Counted from the first letter of the stretch, positions 28,550 through 42,585 are shown. The stretch: DNA of 64,000 bases from Eledone cirrhosa (GCA_964016885.1 OZ024744.1:57784001-57848000), one strand, 5' to 3'. Numbers and translations are program-made. The notes: generated by a model from the letters alone, not told the origin.

Positions 28550-29262
28550 GACATTGTTGAAAAGAGCAGTGGCCTTTGACCCGGCAATAAAAGCTAGAGA
28601 CAAAATTCTTTCTGTACCAAAAAACAAGGCACACACAGACACAGACACAAGTTTGTTTCTGTGTGTGTTAGTGTGTGCGCGCGCGTGTGTATGTGTGTGT
28701 GTGTATCTATCTATGTATATATATAAGGGATACAGATATTGTTTGCTCACTGTCACTAAGCATCTCAATTCATTCGTTGCAACTAAGTTTGAGATCGAGG
28801 CACTTTATTTTGCAAGGTACTATTTTTCCCTTGAGTTTGTGATTCAAGAGAAAGGTAAGAAATTCTTCATATATGCATCTTTTGTATTTTGACTTTACAG
28901 TTTGAATTGTAGAATTGTCTATCCACTCAAAATATCACAACAGCTAACAGTGAAATATAGAATTTAAAAAGCCTTTTTCGACTGAGATCAAATCTTTGAG
29001 AACATTCACGTCTATTTTTTTTAAAATATATAATTTGAAATAGCTTGCTTTTGTTTTGGACAGAAACCTTTTTGTATTTAATTCGTACGAGTATTTTTTA
29101 AAGATTTTTTTAAAGATTCTAACATAACTTAATTTGGCCCAGTAATCTACTGATGTCAAAATCAGTAGTATATTGATAAATGGAAAAATAGGGTAGGGGG
29201 CGTTTCGTGATTTCGCGGGGCAAAAGGGGGCGTTTGGCCGAAATGGGTTGAGAACCTTTGCT
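28550..29262. mobile_element. DNA transposon (hAT-like) fragment with one recognisable terminus
   Basis: Ends in gggttgagaacctttg, the reverse complement of the 20727 terminus, with G-rich subterminal motifs. Confidence 0.4.
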
Positions 29263-29429
29263 CTACAGGCATGGAATTTCCATTAGCTGCACCTGAGCAA
29301 GACGTGCACAGAGCGATGAAATTTCTGTGCACACACTCGTTGAATGTCCAAGTATTGTTGGCTAGTGGGTTTATGTCGAACACCTGCTGTCACGTATGAG
29401 ACAAATCTGACTACCATACTTTCCTCTTT

Positions 29430-29860
29430 AGTGAAGCCCTGATTAACTTTTTCAGGTTTCACTTGAAGAGGAAAATTAGGGTGGAGAGGGAAGTGCTGCC
29501 TTCCAATTAGTTTACTGAAAGGTGAGTGAGAGATGAGATCATTGCCCGAGTATATAGACCTGCTCTGAGTAAGCGACTGTAGATTGAAGGAGGACAGCTG
29601 GGAGGAGGTATTTTCCCTAGCGCTTAGGGTAACTGTGGTTTTTGGGGGGCTTTCTCCATGTGTGATCCTCGGAAGTTCCCCCATGGGGGATTTATTTTGT
29701 TTGAATTTTTACATGTTTCCCTGGTTTTTTTTAAAAATCTTTTACATCATGCTATAACCCTCAATGTACTATTCTGTGCTGTCCTGTTCTATCCCGTACC
29801 ATCTTCTACCATCCTTAATGTTTTCTTAATATGAGCCCTGCATGGCTAATTAGGAAATAA
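29430..29860 (+). mobile_element. Tx1/L1-like 3' end fragment
   Basis: Homologous to 34930-35428 (LINFFRFHLKRKIR; 3' end agccct.catggctaat). Confidence 0.8.
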
Positions 29861-29889
29861 TCACCATCATTATCATTATTATTATTATT

Positions 29890-30418
29890 GTTCTTTGAGT
29901 CTCAGTCATTGATGTTATTTAACCTGAAAGTTTGTTGAAATGAATATCAAGTCGCTACCTGCAGCCTCAGACATTCAGGACGTATCGGAGGGTTCTTGCT
30001 GTTCCCAGCAAGCATGTCTTTTGAAATGTTCCAAAAAGCTGGGCTGGACTAATCTTCTTTAACCATCCTTGGAAACTCTTTGAGATAGTACCTAGTGCAT
30101 CTATGACAATCGGGACGACCTTGATTTCATGGCAGTTCCAAATCCTGTTTAACTCCCACTTTAAATCCTGGTATCGGTTAATTTTCTCCATCTCCTTTTC
30201 TTTCACTCTCGTGTCGAATGGGCAGGCTACATTTACAATCAGGCACGATCTTTTTTCCTTGTCCAAAACCACCAGGTCGGGTCTATTGTGTTCCAGTTTC
30301 TTGTCCGTCTGTATCCTAAAATCCCACAGCACCTTCACCTGATTGTTTTCTATCACCGCCTCTGGCTTATGCTCATACCACTTCTCAGAATGTGGTAAAT
30401 TGTTTACTTTGCATAGAT
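29890..30418 (-). mobile_element. Second R4/Dong-like family, 3' fragment (RLE domain) between (TAT)n runs
   Basis: ORF 29967-30356: LWDFRIQTD...NRPDLVVLD...ACPFD...KINRYQDL...LLGTARTLR. Confidence 0.85.
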
Positions 30419-30431
30419 ATTATTATTATTT

Positions 30432-33400
30432 ATTGAAACCTCAACCCGATTTTTTCAAGGACCAGCTGCTACGGACGGTGACTTACCGCACCGTAAGCAA
30501 AATCTCATATCGGGTGGAGAGAGCCACGGAGGCTCAAATCCAAAAGGCCTTGGGGTGCGTCTGGGCACGCAAAACCCACATCACCCGAGGCAGAAAGTAC
30601 GCCACAGTAGAGGTACTTTTCGCCACCCCCCAGGAAGCGAAGTCTCACTCTTTGGAAACCCTAAAGAGTGAGGAGATAGTCTTGGTACCCTCCTACTGCG
30701 GGCAGAAAATTATGAGGGTCAAAGTGACCCAGGTCCCACCCGACGTGCCCATACCTTGGCTGGCCGCGTCTGTCCTTGCTGGAATCGAGGACAGGACGAC
30801 CAAATAAGGAGAGAGAACTGGTCAGGTATAGACATGCAAATGCTTATAAAAACTGACCAGGATGTATCTACCCTATCCCCGATATCATAGACATCGAGGA
30901 AGGACTCCAACTCCCTATAAGCGTAGAAGGAATATGGCCAAAATGTTATCTCTGTGGGTCGAAAGGTCACCTCAGGGCCTTTTGCCCGCAGAAGACAGCA
31001 AAGAAGAAGGCCCCTCTCCTGCCAATACCTGGTCCGCTGCTACCAAGAGCAGGGCAGGCAACAAACGAAGAAGCCCCTTCCACGGTGAGTAGGAGGGCAA
31101 CGTCCGTGGCGCCCATACCAAGGCCACGGACGACTAAAGCAGCATCATCAGTGGCGGCAACACCAATAGCTACATTTGACGTAGCTACACCAGCAACAAA
31201 TATGCCGAAGAGGGCTCCACTACCACCACCAACAGCCGTGGAGCACATACCCCTCCCAGATGCCACGGAATCCGACATGGAGTTTGAGGCGGGAGTGAAG
31301 TGACAAACGGTCTGCCACAAAAAGCGAAGGCACACAAAGAGGGGTAAAGGCAGCAAGGAAACTTGCAGCAACACCACCAGCATCACCCTCACCACCACAA
31401 GCACCACCGCCAACAACAACCACACCACCACCAGCATCACCAAAAACACCAACAACGCAAACAAAACGAAACACACACACCAAACAGCAACAAGAAGAAA
31501 ACAGCAACAAAATCACCCCTCCCCCCAAAAAAGTACACAGCCATAAACATGGCAAAAAAAGAACTCATACAATATATAAAGCAGCACACAGACATCACAG
31601 AAAAAAACTACTACACCCCACCAACACCAAGAACTCTCCCGACAAACATAAGCATCATTGAAATCTCAATAGAACAGTACAAACCTTTAAAACAACAATT
31701 CCCCAACGCAGTTGGAGACTTCAGGGGGTCGGTTACCAAGAGGATATACACTGACATCCTCTTGGAAACACCCATGACCAGCCAAAGGGACGATTCTACT
31801 GTCCCTTCACCACACGATCAAGGTAAGTGACCCTTTCTCACTTGCCCCGTTTCTCATCCAACATGGCCGTACTCAGAATAGGCAGTATAAATGCACGTGG
31901 CTGGGGTCATCTGGGAAGCAGGGTCACTAAACATAGATGTGATGGCCATCAGCGAGACCAAAATCTCCGAAGCACAAGCCTTCGCACCGATCTTCGGTGG
32001 CTACGATTTATACGCATCTCCCAGCCGTCCAGGATCGGGGGGAGGGGTTGCCGTCCTTTTTTGGAGAGGCTTGGATCTCGCCATACGGGCCATCTTCCTA
32101 GACCCAGAAGGTAAATCGGTGGTGCTGGACGTGACCGGCAGCGAAGGCAATGCTTTCAGACTAGTAGCCGTCTACGCCCCAACAAGGGCAAGACGGCCAG
32201 ATTTCTTCTGACGTCTAGAGATTTTCTTGGAACGTCCCGCTCTTTAGTGTTAGTGGGCGACTGGAACGGTATCTTGGATGCACGCTGGGATTGTTTGGGG
32301 CTAGTGGATAGAGGAGGAGGGTGCAAGAGCCTCACCAACCTGCTCAGACGTTTTGAACTGTCTGACAGGTATCGACTGGATCACCCGAATGTGCCAATGT
32401 GGACTTGGATAAACCGCATCGGTCATCCAGATCGTTGACCACAATTTAAAATAGTCGACTACACAGACCATAAATTTGTGATCTGTGAATCGGCATAGAC
32501 AGACTTCATAGACAAGGGCCCGGTTACTGGAAGCTGAACGCGTCTTTCCTGGCGCGCAAAGCCTACAGAGACCGGATTAGCGTATTAGTTAAGCGGGCAT
32601 TGACGGGAGCGGTCGTCTACAACAGGTGGTGGTTCGCCCTGAAAAGGGCAATTAAAGTAGAGTCGATTAGGTTTAGCAAAGGACTAGTGATAGAGGAAAA
32701 TAGAGTTGAGGGAGAGCTAGACAGAAAGCTAGAAGAGGCGTTTAGGACAGGCATCGCAACCGACGTGCTTGCGGCGAGATTGGCACTCGACCAATTCTTC
32801 AACGCAAAACACGAAGGCTGCGTTGTCAGAGCTAAAGCGCGTGCTCTGAAACACGAGGAGACAAAAGCCGTCCAATGGGCCCGAGTGGCAGAGGCGCGAC
32901 GTGGCAACAAAGCGACAATTCGGTCTTTGTCTGACCAAAACGGGTGCGTGTTGCTGGAACCCGAGCAGATGTGTGAAGCTTTTCAGCAGCACTTTGCTGA
33001 AATGTTCGGGAGCAGCGGCGGCCCGGATCGGGGCATGGACTTCAGTGCATACCTCGACGGACTGCACAATGAAATACGGGAAGCGATGGCTAACTGCACG
33101 AGGGGTAAATCGCCAGGTTTGGATGGTCTGCCTTACGAGCTTTATGCATTTATGCCAGAAGTGTTCGGTGACCTCTTGGATACGTCTACTGCAACTGGCA
33201 GAAGAACGGGAGCATTCCCAGTTTGTGAGCCGGGGAGCAGTGGCGCTGCTGAGAAAAGACCCGAACAAGGGGGATATTATCGATAATTTCAGGCCCATAA
33301 CCCTGCTAAACGCAGAGTTCAAGATTTTGGCCAAGGTTGGCGCTTGTCGTCAAGGGTCTGGTGGGAGAGGCGCAGACATGCGCCATTCCGGATGCGATAC

Positions 33401-35428
33401 ATCATAGAGAGGGTGGTTAGGGAACCTGGCACGGGTGGGGCCCTGATCAACTTGGATCAATCCAAAGCATTCGATAGGGTCGACCATCGGTACCTGGTGA
33501 CGGTCCTCGAGGCAGCCGGTTTCGGGCCTGTTTTCAGGGGTTGGATCGCTGCGATGTACAGCAACATCTGCACAGTTGTGAGGGTGAACGGTCACCTGCC
33601 GCAGCTGTTCAGCATCATGCTCTCAGTCCACCAGGGTTGTCCCCTGTCGTCCTTCTTGTACGTATTGGCTCTCGAGACGTTACTGCAGAAACTGGGGGCG
33701 ATGAGGGGCGTCCCACGCGAACTAGGATGCGGGAAATCCGAGTCGGCTTACACCGACGACGTCACCGTGGTAGTGTCGAGCACCAGACACGTCCAAATGC
33801 TCGGTACCGCTCTCAAGGAATACGAAGCGGTGACAGGAGCAAAGATAAACCAGGAAAAGTCGGTGGCCTGCAGCTCGGCACCTGGAGAGGAAAGTCCATG
33901 CCGTCCGACAGCGTCGTGGGGCGTGGGACGGACGGATCGGTTAAATTGCTCGGGGTCTGGTTCGGACCGGACCTCCAGATGGAGAAAAACTGGAATGAGG
34001 TGACGAGCAAGGTGGCCTCCCTCACCCAGAAATGGGCCGAGAGGAGGCTGTCCCTGAAAGGCCGGGCGGAGGTGGCGAATGCGTACATCGCATCCGTCAT
34101 CTGCTACCTCCCCACCGTCGTCCCTTGCCTCCTCTTCCACTTTTTGTGGAAGGGACGCGCTACCATGGTCAGACGATCCATCTGCTGTCAACACCCGTTG
34201 CGTGGAAGACTGGGCATGCCATGGCTGATGATGCGCAAACATCCGCTGAGGCTGCGACATTTCTGCTACCTCCTTGACGGTGAACAGGTGTGGTCGCCGT
34301 TCGCCAGGTACGTTTTCCCACAGCTCGTCTCCTTGACGGAGCTGCAGTCTTGGGTCAGAAAAAGACTGAGGGATAGCGCTTGGAAACTGGAATGTCTCCA
34401 GGCGCTCACTGCCCTCTGCAAGTTGGGCACCAGTATCGGTGGAACATCCACCTCGGTGTTCTATAGAGGACTAGTGGAGGGGAAGACGACGTTCTCGGAG
34501 AGATCCTGGGCGTCGAAGAAGATCAGCTGTTTGCTCTCTACCGGAGAACTTTCAGCCCAGGGCCTATGGATAACTTCCAAAAATCCCTGGCCTGGCAGTG
34601 CTACCGGGGAGCGCTGCCGGTTCGAGATAAGCTCTCCAGGCACGGAAGTGCCGTCAGCCGAGCCTGTCCGAGATGCGCGCAGAGCGACGAAACCGTCGTG
34701 CTCGCACTCGTTCAGTGCCCGCGCATTGCTGACTTGTGGAGCTATGTCGAACAGTTGCTGTCGCGTGTAGGACTGATCCGGTTATCGACTGAGTCGATTG
34801 TGCAGATGGTCTCGCCGTTTTTTTTCGAGGAGGAAGGGCAGGCGGTTTTCATCTGCTTGGTGGCCATGGCGAAAGAGATTGTGTGGTGGACAAGGTTGAA
34901 AGGGTTAAAGACAGAGACTTTCCTCTTCGGCGAATCCCTAATTAACTTTTTCAAGTTTCATTTGAAGAGGAAAATCAGGAGGGAGAGGCAAGTGCTGCCT
35001 TCTAGCAAGTTTGTTGAAAGGTGGGTGAATGTAGCGAGAATGGTCCGAGTGAACGGGACCTCTCTGAATATACGTCTGTAGTTTGAGAAATGGAAAAATT
35101 GAGAGAGGGTGCTTGCCCTGGTGGTCAGGGTGGCCGTGGTCTTTTGTGTGGTTTTCGCCACGAGTAACCCTCGGTTTCCCCCCTATTGGGGAATTTTTCA
35201 TTGTTTCAATTTTCATTTTTATTGTTTATATATATATATGTTTCTATGTCTTTTTTTTCTTTTCTTATATAAATAATGATTTCTTTATTTATTGTTTATT
35301 TATTCTTTTCTTATATAAATAATAAAAATATTTACACGCACAAAACCCACATCGTACCGTCCTGTACCGTGCTGTACCGTCTGTAATGTTTTTCTTGATG
35401 TCAGCCCTTGTGGCCAATAAAGAAAGCA
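30432..35428 (+). mobile_element. Near full-length Tx1/L1-like LINE, disrupted
   Basis: ORF1 region 30433-31830 has the zinc knuckle CYLCGSKGHLRAFC (~30943). ORF2 runs from ATG 31863 to 35081 with APE (VGDWN), RT (LDQSKAFDRVD, QGCPLS, YTDD) and CPRC. The 3' end 'cccttgtggccaataaag' is followed by (ATT)n. Confidence 0.92.
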
Positions 35429-35454
35429 TTATTATTATTATTATTATTATTATC

Positions 35455-35566
35455 TGAGTTCAAATCCCGCCGAGGTTAACTTTGCCTTTCATCCTTCCGG
35501 GGTCGATAGAATAAAGTACCAGTAATGCATTGGGTAATTGCTGGCCTTGTGCCAAAAGTAGAAACA

Positions 35567-35602
<36 letters not shown>

Positions 35603-36705
35603 GAAGGCAGCAAATTGCCAGAGTTGTTAGAACGTCAGATAGAATGCTTTGTAGTATTTGATTCGGCCTTCTGGTCTCTGAGTTCAAATCCTACCAAGGT
35701 CAACTTTGCCTTTCAGCCATTTAAGGTCAATAAAAGAAGTACCAGTCAAATACTGGGGTCAATTCTTCCTCTATATCTCTTTCTCACTTCCATTCCTTCA
35801 CTCTCTATCCTTCTCTGGAATAAATTTGCTGTATTCAAACCTGGGAAGTATTGGGTTCCGGTAGGTTTTGAAATGTTCTTGAAATGCCATATATCAATAT
35901 GGTGCCCCTACAACTACTTCAGGAGTTACGGGACCATATATGCATTATTATTATTGGCAGTGGATTGGCAACATCAGGACACCTTGCTACGTGGCATAGA
36001 GTTACGGCCATTTGCGTTCTGAGTTCAAATCCTGCTGAAGTTAGCTACGCCTTTCATCTTTACATGGTCGATAAAATAACACCAGTAATGTACTGGGTCG
36101 ATTTCATCAATTTTCCCTCCCCTCAAATTGCTGGTCTTGTGCCTATAGTAGAAACAATTATCATTATTATTAAGACATTTCGGCGGTGAATTGGCAGTAT
36201 CGGTAGAGAGTCGGACACCATGCTTTGACGCAGAGAGTTACGGCCCTTGCCATTCTGAGTTCAAATCCCGCCGTGGTTAACTTTGCCTTTCATCCTTACG
36301 GGGTCGATAAAATAAAGTACCAGTAATGCACTGGGTTATTGCTGGCCCTGTGCCAAAAGTAGAAACAATTATTATTAAGAAATCATTACGCAGAAACCCA
36401 TATTTGTATTGTCCTATATCGTCCTATACTGTCCTATATCGTCCTGTACCATCCTGTGCTGTCCTGTCCTTAATCTTTTTTTTTTATAAACCTTTTGTGG
36501 TTAATAGAAAAAAAATTATTGTTATTATTATTATTGTCCTTGTATTGTCCTCTACGATCGGCCCTTGTGGCCAATAACAAAGATATCAATATTATTATTA
36601 TAATCCCGCTGAGGTTAACTTTGCCTTTCATCCTTACAGGATTGATAAAATAAAGTACCAGTAATGCACTGAGATAATTGCTGGCCTCGTGCCAATTATT
36701 ATTAT
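35455..36705 (+). mobile_element. Tandem SINE cluster with (ATT)n tails, plus a Tx1 3' UTR fragment (~36380-36590)
   Basis: Five or more SINE units as at 17779-18858; 'gcccttgtggccaataac' at ~36560. Confidence 0.88.
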
Positions 36706-36713
36706 TTTTTTTT

Positions 36714-36910
36714 CATTTATCTTGCTTTATGTTCATACGAGTTATCACCAAGTGACAACCAGTGACCCCAAGAGACAACAAGGTCCACCATGTTCAAGAA
36801 AGAACATACACACACACACATGCATCTTTAGGTGTTTAGACTTGTGATGTACTTATATTGACAGAATCTTCCTTAGTATATGGGCAGTTTCCATTAGTAC
36901 TATCTTTTGT
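36714..36910 (-). mobile_element. R4/Dong-like element copy 3 (only the last ~200 bp) inserted in a SINE (ATT)n tail
   Basis: Matches 13158-13353. Confidence 0.9.
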
Positions 36911-37498
36911 AGGATTGGCAGTATCGGTAGAGGGTCGGACGCCATGCTTTGCAGTACACCCACCCTAAATACTCACATACATAGATACACACACAAACAT
37001 ACTTACACACATACACGCACGCTCATACACCTATATATATATACACATATATATATATACACACCTATACATACACATAAACATATGTATGTGACGTACA
37101 TATAACAACATGCACACATATACATACATACACACACACTCAAACATACAATAATTTTTATATGAAACTCCATTTTCATAACTTAATTTGGGAATTTTTA
37201 GAATTTTTAGATTAGTAGTCTGAATAAACAGAAATATTTTCTAAAATTATAAAATAAGACCATTTTTTAAATATTTAGTTTAATGATCATTACACACGAA
37301 TGATCATCAATTTAACAAAGAAAGCCGAAATTTGTCATAAACCGTAAAGATGAAGATGCTTAAATATTTATCGATAATGGCAACATAATTACATCTATTC
37401 TCTGGCGGACGAAATGTCAGATCTTGCCGTATTTAATCATAAATTTAAAGAAACCTAATTGTTTAGACGAAGGCAGGGGTTCGTTGTGTAACCACGCC

Positions 37499-37698
37499 NN
37501 NNNNNNNNNNNNNNNNNNNNNNNNNNNNNNNNNNNNNNNNNNNNNNNNNNNNNNNNNNNNNNNNNNNNNNNNNNNNNNNNNNNNNNNNNNNNNNNNNNNN
37601 NNNNNNNNNNNNNNNNNNNNNNNNNNNNNNNNNNNNNNNNNNNNNNNNNNNNNNNNNNNNNNNNNNNNNNNNNNNNNNNNNNNNNNNNNNNNNNNNNN
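37499..37698. other. Assembly gap (200 N)
   Basis: Run of N. Confidence 1.
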
Positions 37699-37717
37699 AT
37701 GTGTGTGTGTGTGTGTG

Positions 37718-37871
37718 TATATTGAAGGGAGATACTGAAACTAAAACAGTGTTGTCATATAGAGAGGGAAAAGCGACAGAGAGAGTAAATCAATTAAATT
37801 ATAGAGAGGGGAATGATCTTACATACATACATATAAAGTATAGATGTGTGTGTGAGTGTGTGTGTGTATGT

Positions 37872-37924
<53 letters not shown>

Positions 37925-38007
37925 TGTATGTGTGTATGTGCAAGTGTGTGTCTGTGTGTTTTGTTTTGATGTTTTCCGGCAATTGGCGAAATCAGGTGTG
38001 AATGTAT

Positions 38008-38083
<76 letters not shown>

Positions 38084-38234
38084 TATGCGAGCGACGACAG
38101 AAAAGGTGTGTGGGATACATACATTATTATATTTGTCTGTATTTTCGTTCTGCAACCAATATATTATGATATTTGTATCAAATGATTTTAGATGTATGTA
38201 TTACCTGATTGCCGTCCCTCTGTTTCTCTTTCCC

Positions 38235-38291
<57 letters not shown>

Positions 38292-39120
38292 CTCTTCTCT
38301 TCTCCCTCTCTCTTTAGATGTGTGTGTTAGTTTTCCTAATCTGTCTCTTTCACTCTCTGTCTCTCTAAGAGGGATGCTTTTTGATGTATGCTTGTGTGTT
38401 GACCGAATTTGAAGGAGGTTATCATTTTGAAAATAAACATACATACGACGCTCATCTCTATGTTGATGTATGATATAAATAATGGGATTGATGAATTAAT
38501 ATCTGTATACAACAACTACAATGGTACACAATGGGGCCCACCCACAGCCCTGGCGGACAGAATGGAGAAGACATTTCCCCGAGAGGACGGCAAGGGAGAC
38601 GCGCTAGAAAAGCCACTCCAACTCGCGGGGCTCACACCTGCGGCTGGCCAGCTCAGCGCCTATGGTGGTGAGTAAGGAGGTAGCCCTGGGGCCGAGACAC
38701 CAGAAGTCTCCACTGCCAGAGGTACGACCGCAAACCTGTTGGAGAGCAACCAGTATTTGAGGAGTTTGGCCCCCTCAACCCGACGTGCAGCAGAACCTGT
38801 GTATATATTGATATATTGAAGGTAGATACGGAAAGTAAAAGAGTGTTGTCATATAGAGAGTGAAGAGAGACAGAGAGTAAAGCAGTTAAATTATAGAGAG
38901 GGTGAAAGAGGAGAGAGAGAGAGAGAGAGAGACGACGCTCAGCTTTATAATAGTTGAGAGTGAAGAGCGACAGAGAGAGTAAAGCAGTTAAATTATAGAG
39001 AGGGGGAATGATCTATTATAGAGAGAGGGAAGAGCGACGGAGAGAGTAAAGCTAAGAAACTATAGGGAAGTGTGTAGGATACATACATAATACATACACA
39101 CGACACTCAGCTTTATAATA
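37718..39120. repeat. Repeated fragments of an unclassified, possibly Helitron-like element mixed with (TG)n and (TC)n
   Basis: The motif 'tattgaagg.agatac.gaaa.taaaa.agtgttgtcatatagagag...ttaaattatagagaggg' occurs at 37718 and 38812; 'acgac.ctcagctttataata' occurs at 38932 and 39100. Confidence 0.5.
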
Positions 39121-39974
39121 TTATAGATATATGTGGGGGGGGGGGGGTATACACCAATAGTGGTCATGGTGTAGATATAATATAATATAAGTATAATATG
39201 AATATATATAAATATAATGTACACACACCCTTTCAGATACAGAAAGCTGTGACCAAAGGATGACCGAATCACCACTGAACACCCCCTTACTGTAAGGTAA
39301 CACATTTTAAGAGTGCCAGTGTTAATGTTGGTTCAGTGAAAGGTAGATCAAGTGAAATTGTGGAGATACTTGTGTGGAGACAAGTAAACATACCGTATAT
39401 ACTCGCGTATAGGTTGCCTCGGCAGATAGGTCGCACTGAAATTTGGGCCGTCAAACTACTATTTGTTATGATAATTGAAACTAATAATCTGTTAGCTTTC
39501 CATTACTTCGCCGTTGCGATATATACTCCAAACCATGTTTTATTTATAAAATAAACATTAATGTCATCGAAATCTCGTCAATTCGAGATTACTGCGAGAT
39601 AAAGCCTTTAAGCGCGAAAATTAACTCTTAATATAGTGAAACAACTTGAAATAACACGTGTTTTTTTAATGTTGAAAGTATAACATATTTTTTGCGTATC
39701 AACATGGCTTCCCAAAGTAGCGAATACCGACTTTGAAGGTTTTACATGCGACGACGTTTGAAATGAAAAAGAAACACAAGATAATATTAGTGATTTATCT
39801 TCAAACGAATCAGACGTATTTATTTCTGACGATGATAGTTACTTTGAAAGTGAAAGCGAAGATCTGACGGACGCCATCGAAAATATTACAGTAACGTGGT
39901 TGAAAGATACAACACCAATACATGTTCACACCTGTTAATGAACTTATATATTGGGAACATTCTGTTACGTAAAT

Positions 39975-40373
39975 TTACACTGTCTTTTGGCAAAGAGTCA
40001 GTCCAAACTTATTCATAAAGCTGGTGCACCACCCTGCTGACGATTTAAATTGGGATAAGTGGTACTTTGGTGCAAGTTGAAGAGCTTTTGTTCTTATAGA
40101 AAGTCTTGTAACAATGTGTCCATTTTTCCTGATATCTAAAACCCAATCATTTAGCTCTTTTCCAAGATCTTGATATGGTGATACTCCAAACCTTGCTACT
40201 CTCTTTGATTTAGGCATTTCTCCCAGCTTGTCTTTTTGTTTCCTCCAACCTCTCACCACCTTTTCTGACACTCCAAACTCCCTTTCTGCTGATCTATTTC
40301 CAAATTTTTCTGCATAACTAACCACATTTAACTTGAAAACTGTTTGATAACTTTTTCTCTTACCAGAATTCAT
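39975..40373 (-). CDS. Transposase N-terminus only (Brinker-like HTH + CENP-B/Tc5 HTH); no DDE domain
   Basis: RKSYQTVFKLNVV...GNRSAEREFGVSEKVVRGWRKQ...ELNDWV...FKSSAGWCTSFM. Confidence 0.8.
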   Translation of the reverse strand: MNSGKRKSYQTVFKLNVVSYAEKFGNRSAEREFGVSEKVVRGWRKQKDKLGEMPKSKRVARFGVSPYQDLGKELNDWVLDIRKNGHIVTRLSIRTKALQLAPKYHLSQFKSSAGWCTSFMNKFGLTLCQKTV

Positions 40374-40547
40374 ATTTCTCAGTGAATTATAAAAAAAATT
40401 TCAACTATCAACTTGTCTCACTTGCTAATTTTGAAAAGAAACGCCACATGCAATAATCTGTTTCCTGTTAAAGTAAATACGTCACAATATGTGTTCATAG
40501 CAACGCTAAGACAATGAAATCACATTTTAAATACCGGGTATGCATTT

Positions 40548-40655
40548 TCTATTTTAGGCACAAGGCCAGCAATTACCCAGTACATTACTGGTACTTTATT
40601 TTATCGACCCCATAAGGATGAGAGGCAAAGTTAACCTCGGCGGGATTTGAACTCA
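40548..40655 (-). mobile_element. 5'-truncated SINE nested in the pogo element
   Basis: SINE reverse complement flanked by the apparent TSD atgcattt(t)ctat. Confidence 0.8.
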
Positions 40656-40956
40656 TGCATTTCTATAAACTTTAATGATGGATGGTTAGGTCAGATAGAA
40701 AAAAACGTAAACACTACAAAGTTTTAGTAAAAAATTTAAAATCAACAAAAAAAAAAGTATAAGAAGGTAGATATATGAAATTATTATGTTAAATAATAAA
40801 AAAATATTAACAAAGTTATTTTTATAAATACCTATCGTTGATTAAGTCTATGAAAAATCATTGGTCAGTCTGATGTCGATCGGAAAGGTTGCACCTCAAA
40901 AATGTATACTTATTTATCGTTAAAAAAGTGCGACCTATACGCGAGTATATACGGTA

Positions 40957-41320
40957 TGTTGTGGGCAAGAGGTGAGATGGAGGACAGCATCAGCTAGATT
41001 ACATGCAGGCAAAGAGTATATGTATAAACTTTTCTGGGTAAAAAATAATAATAATGGGGTAACGGGAGTGAATGCTTCGCAGGCTGAAAAGTAGATAGAT
41101 AAAGTAATTGAGGTAATCAGAGAATGGGGCAAAATTATCAAGCTCAGAATGGTCATAGGCAATTATTTCCATGTATGAACCACCATTAAGACTAGGTAAA
41201 GAACAAAAGGACTGTTTCTATGAGAACCTCTTACAGTCGACTTGAAGAACAGATGACAGAGATCTCATTATCATGGTAGGCAACTCCAATAGGTACATTG
41301 GATAGCATCAGGATAGCCAG
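40957..41320 (+). mobile_element. RTE LINE AP-endonuclease fragment
   Basis: QEVRWR...YKLFW...IIKLRM...FYENLL...IIMVGNSNRYIG (decayed GDFN motif). Confidence 0.7.
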
Positions 41321-41329
41321 AATAAATAC

Positions 41330-42350
41330 CATTAAACATTCTATCTGATGTTCTAAAACCAGGTATGCCGATGATATATATTTATCATAATGGACTCACT
41401 GAAAGACACTGCAAAATTAATGAGAGATCTAGAAAAACAACTGAATATCCAGAACAGTACAAATAAAATTCCTTGCAATACAATGACTCAATTTGTAGAC
41501 ACAAACATTCAGATAGAAAACGACAGATGAATCACGTCCATTTACATCTTTGACACAAATAAATGCACAAACTTACACAGAGACAGTGAACATTCACACC
41601 GAATGTTACATAGAGGCAGTGAATGTTCACACAGATAGAAATACACATACTTACACAGATAGAAAAAAAATATCAGTTGAAAATCCATAGTTAGAAGAGA
41701 TTCTGTTTCACAAACAAAGCACATGATAAAGAAATCCATAGAATAAAACTGACATTAAATAACAGTGGACATCCTAACAAATTAATAAACCACAAGATAA
41801 AACAATAGAGAAGAAAATACACCATAACAAATGCATCAGATACCACACTCACCCACTAAAAATATACAAACCAAATGAAAATTGTACTATATGAATCAAA
41901 TACATATCACCTATACAAAAGATGAAGACATAATAAAAACTTATAAATCAGGACATGCATTACACCAAACCATAGACTAGTTATATATTACAGAAACATA
42001 GAAATTTAAAACTTTCTTATCAACAAACCATAAATATGTAGATCTAAGAACAAGCTACAAATGAGGACCAATATGATTTATAACTTCAAATGCAATGTGA
42101 AAGTCGTAAACGTCATGACAGAAACAGTTATATTAGCCATACAAGTACAACACTTCCCTGCTGGCTCACCATGCACTTACAACACAACACAAAAACAAAA
42201 CAAGAAAATATTAGTGGACAATACATCCATAGTATATAAAATTCTACACTGTAATAGATGATTAATGATGGGAAAAACACTCATAACACAGCACAATGTC
42301 AAAATAAATACACAGACAACATATACATGTTCATGGGCCCTAGACCTGGT
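41330..42350 (+). mobile_element. Very decayed Penelope-like RT/GIY-YIG fragment
   Basis: RYADDIY (~41362), FVDTNI (~41491) and MIYNFKC (~42073), in the order expected for a PLE. Confidence 0.5.
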
Positions 42351-42439
42351 GAAGTCCATTCCACTCCAGTTATGAATACAGCAGATTTCTTCAAGAGAAG
42401 AAAAAAAGAGAAACAGTGTGTGAAAGAGAGATAGGGAGG

Positions 42440-42585
42440 AAAATTCGATACTTTATTCATTGACCCCCAATAAAATGAAATACAAAGTTGATCTTAGCGG
42501 GATTTGAACTCAATGTTCAGAGAGCCAGAACAAGTACCGCATGGCTTGTAGCTAACATTCTAATGACTCTGCCAATTCACCACCA
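42440..42585 (-). mobile_element. Decayed SINE
   Basis: 'gggatttgaactca' and 'ctgccaattcaccacc' match the SINE head in reverse complement. Confidence 0.7.

Larger units (their letters stand above)
39393..40954 (-). mobile_element. pogo/Tc2-type Tc1-mariner element, internally deleted
   Basis: Perfect 22-bp TIR ccgtatatactcgcgtataggt and TA TSDs (39391-92 and 40955-56). Confidence 0.92.

Noticed and set aside
38520-38800. GC-rich island with open frames
   Set aside because: No recognisable motif; probably a transposon fragment but it cannot be assigned.
39237-39296. Short segment between a tttcag acceptor and a gtaa donor
   Set aside because: With this donor all three frames contain a stop; a terminal mini-exon (…SPLNTPLL*) is possible but unsupported.
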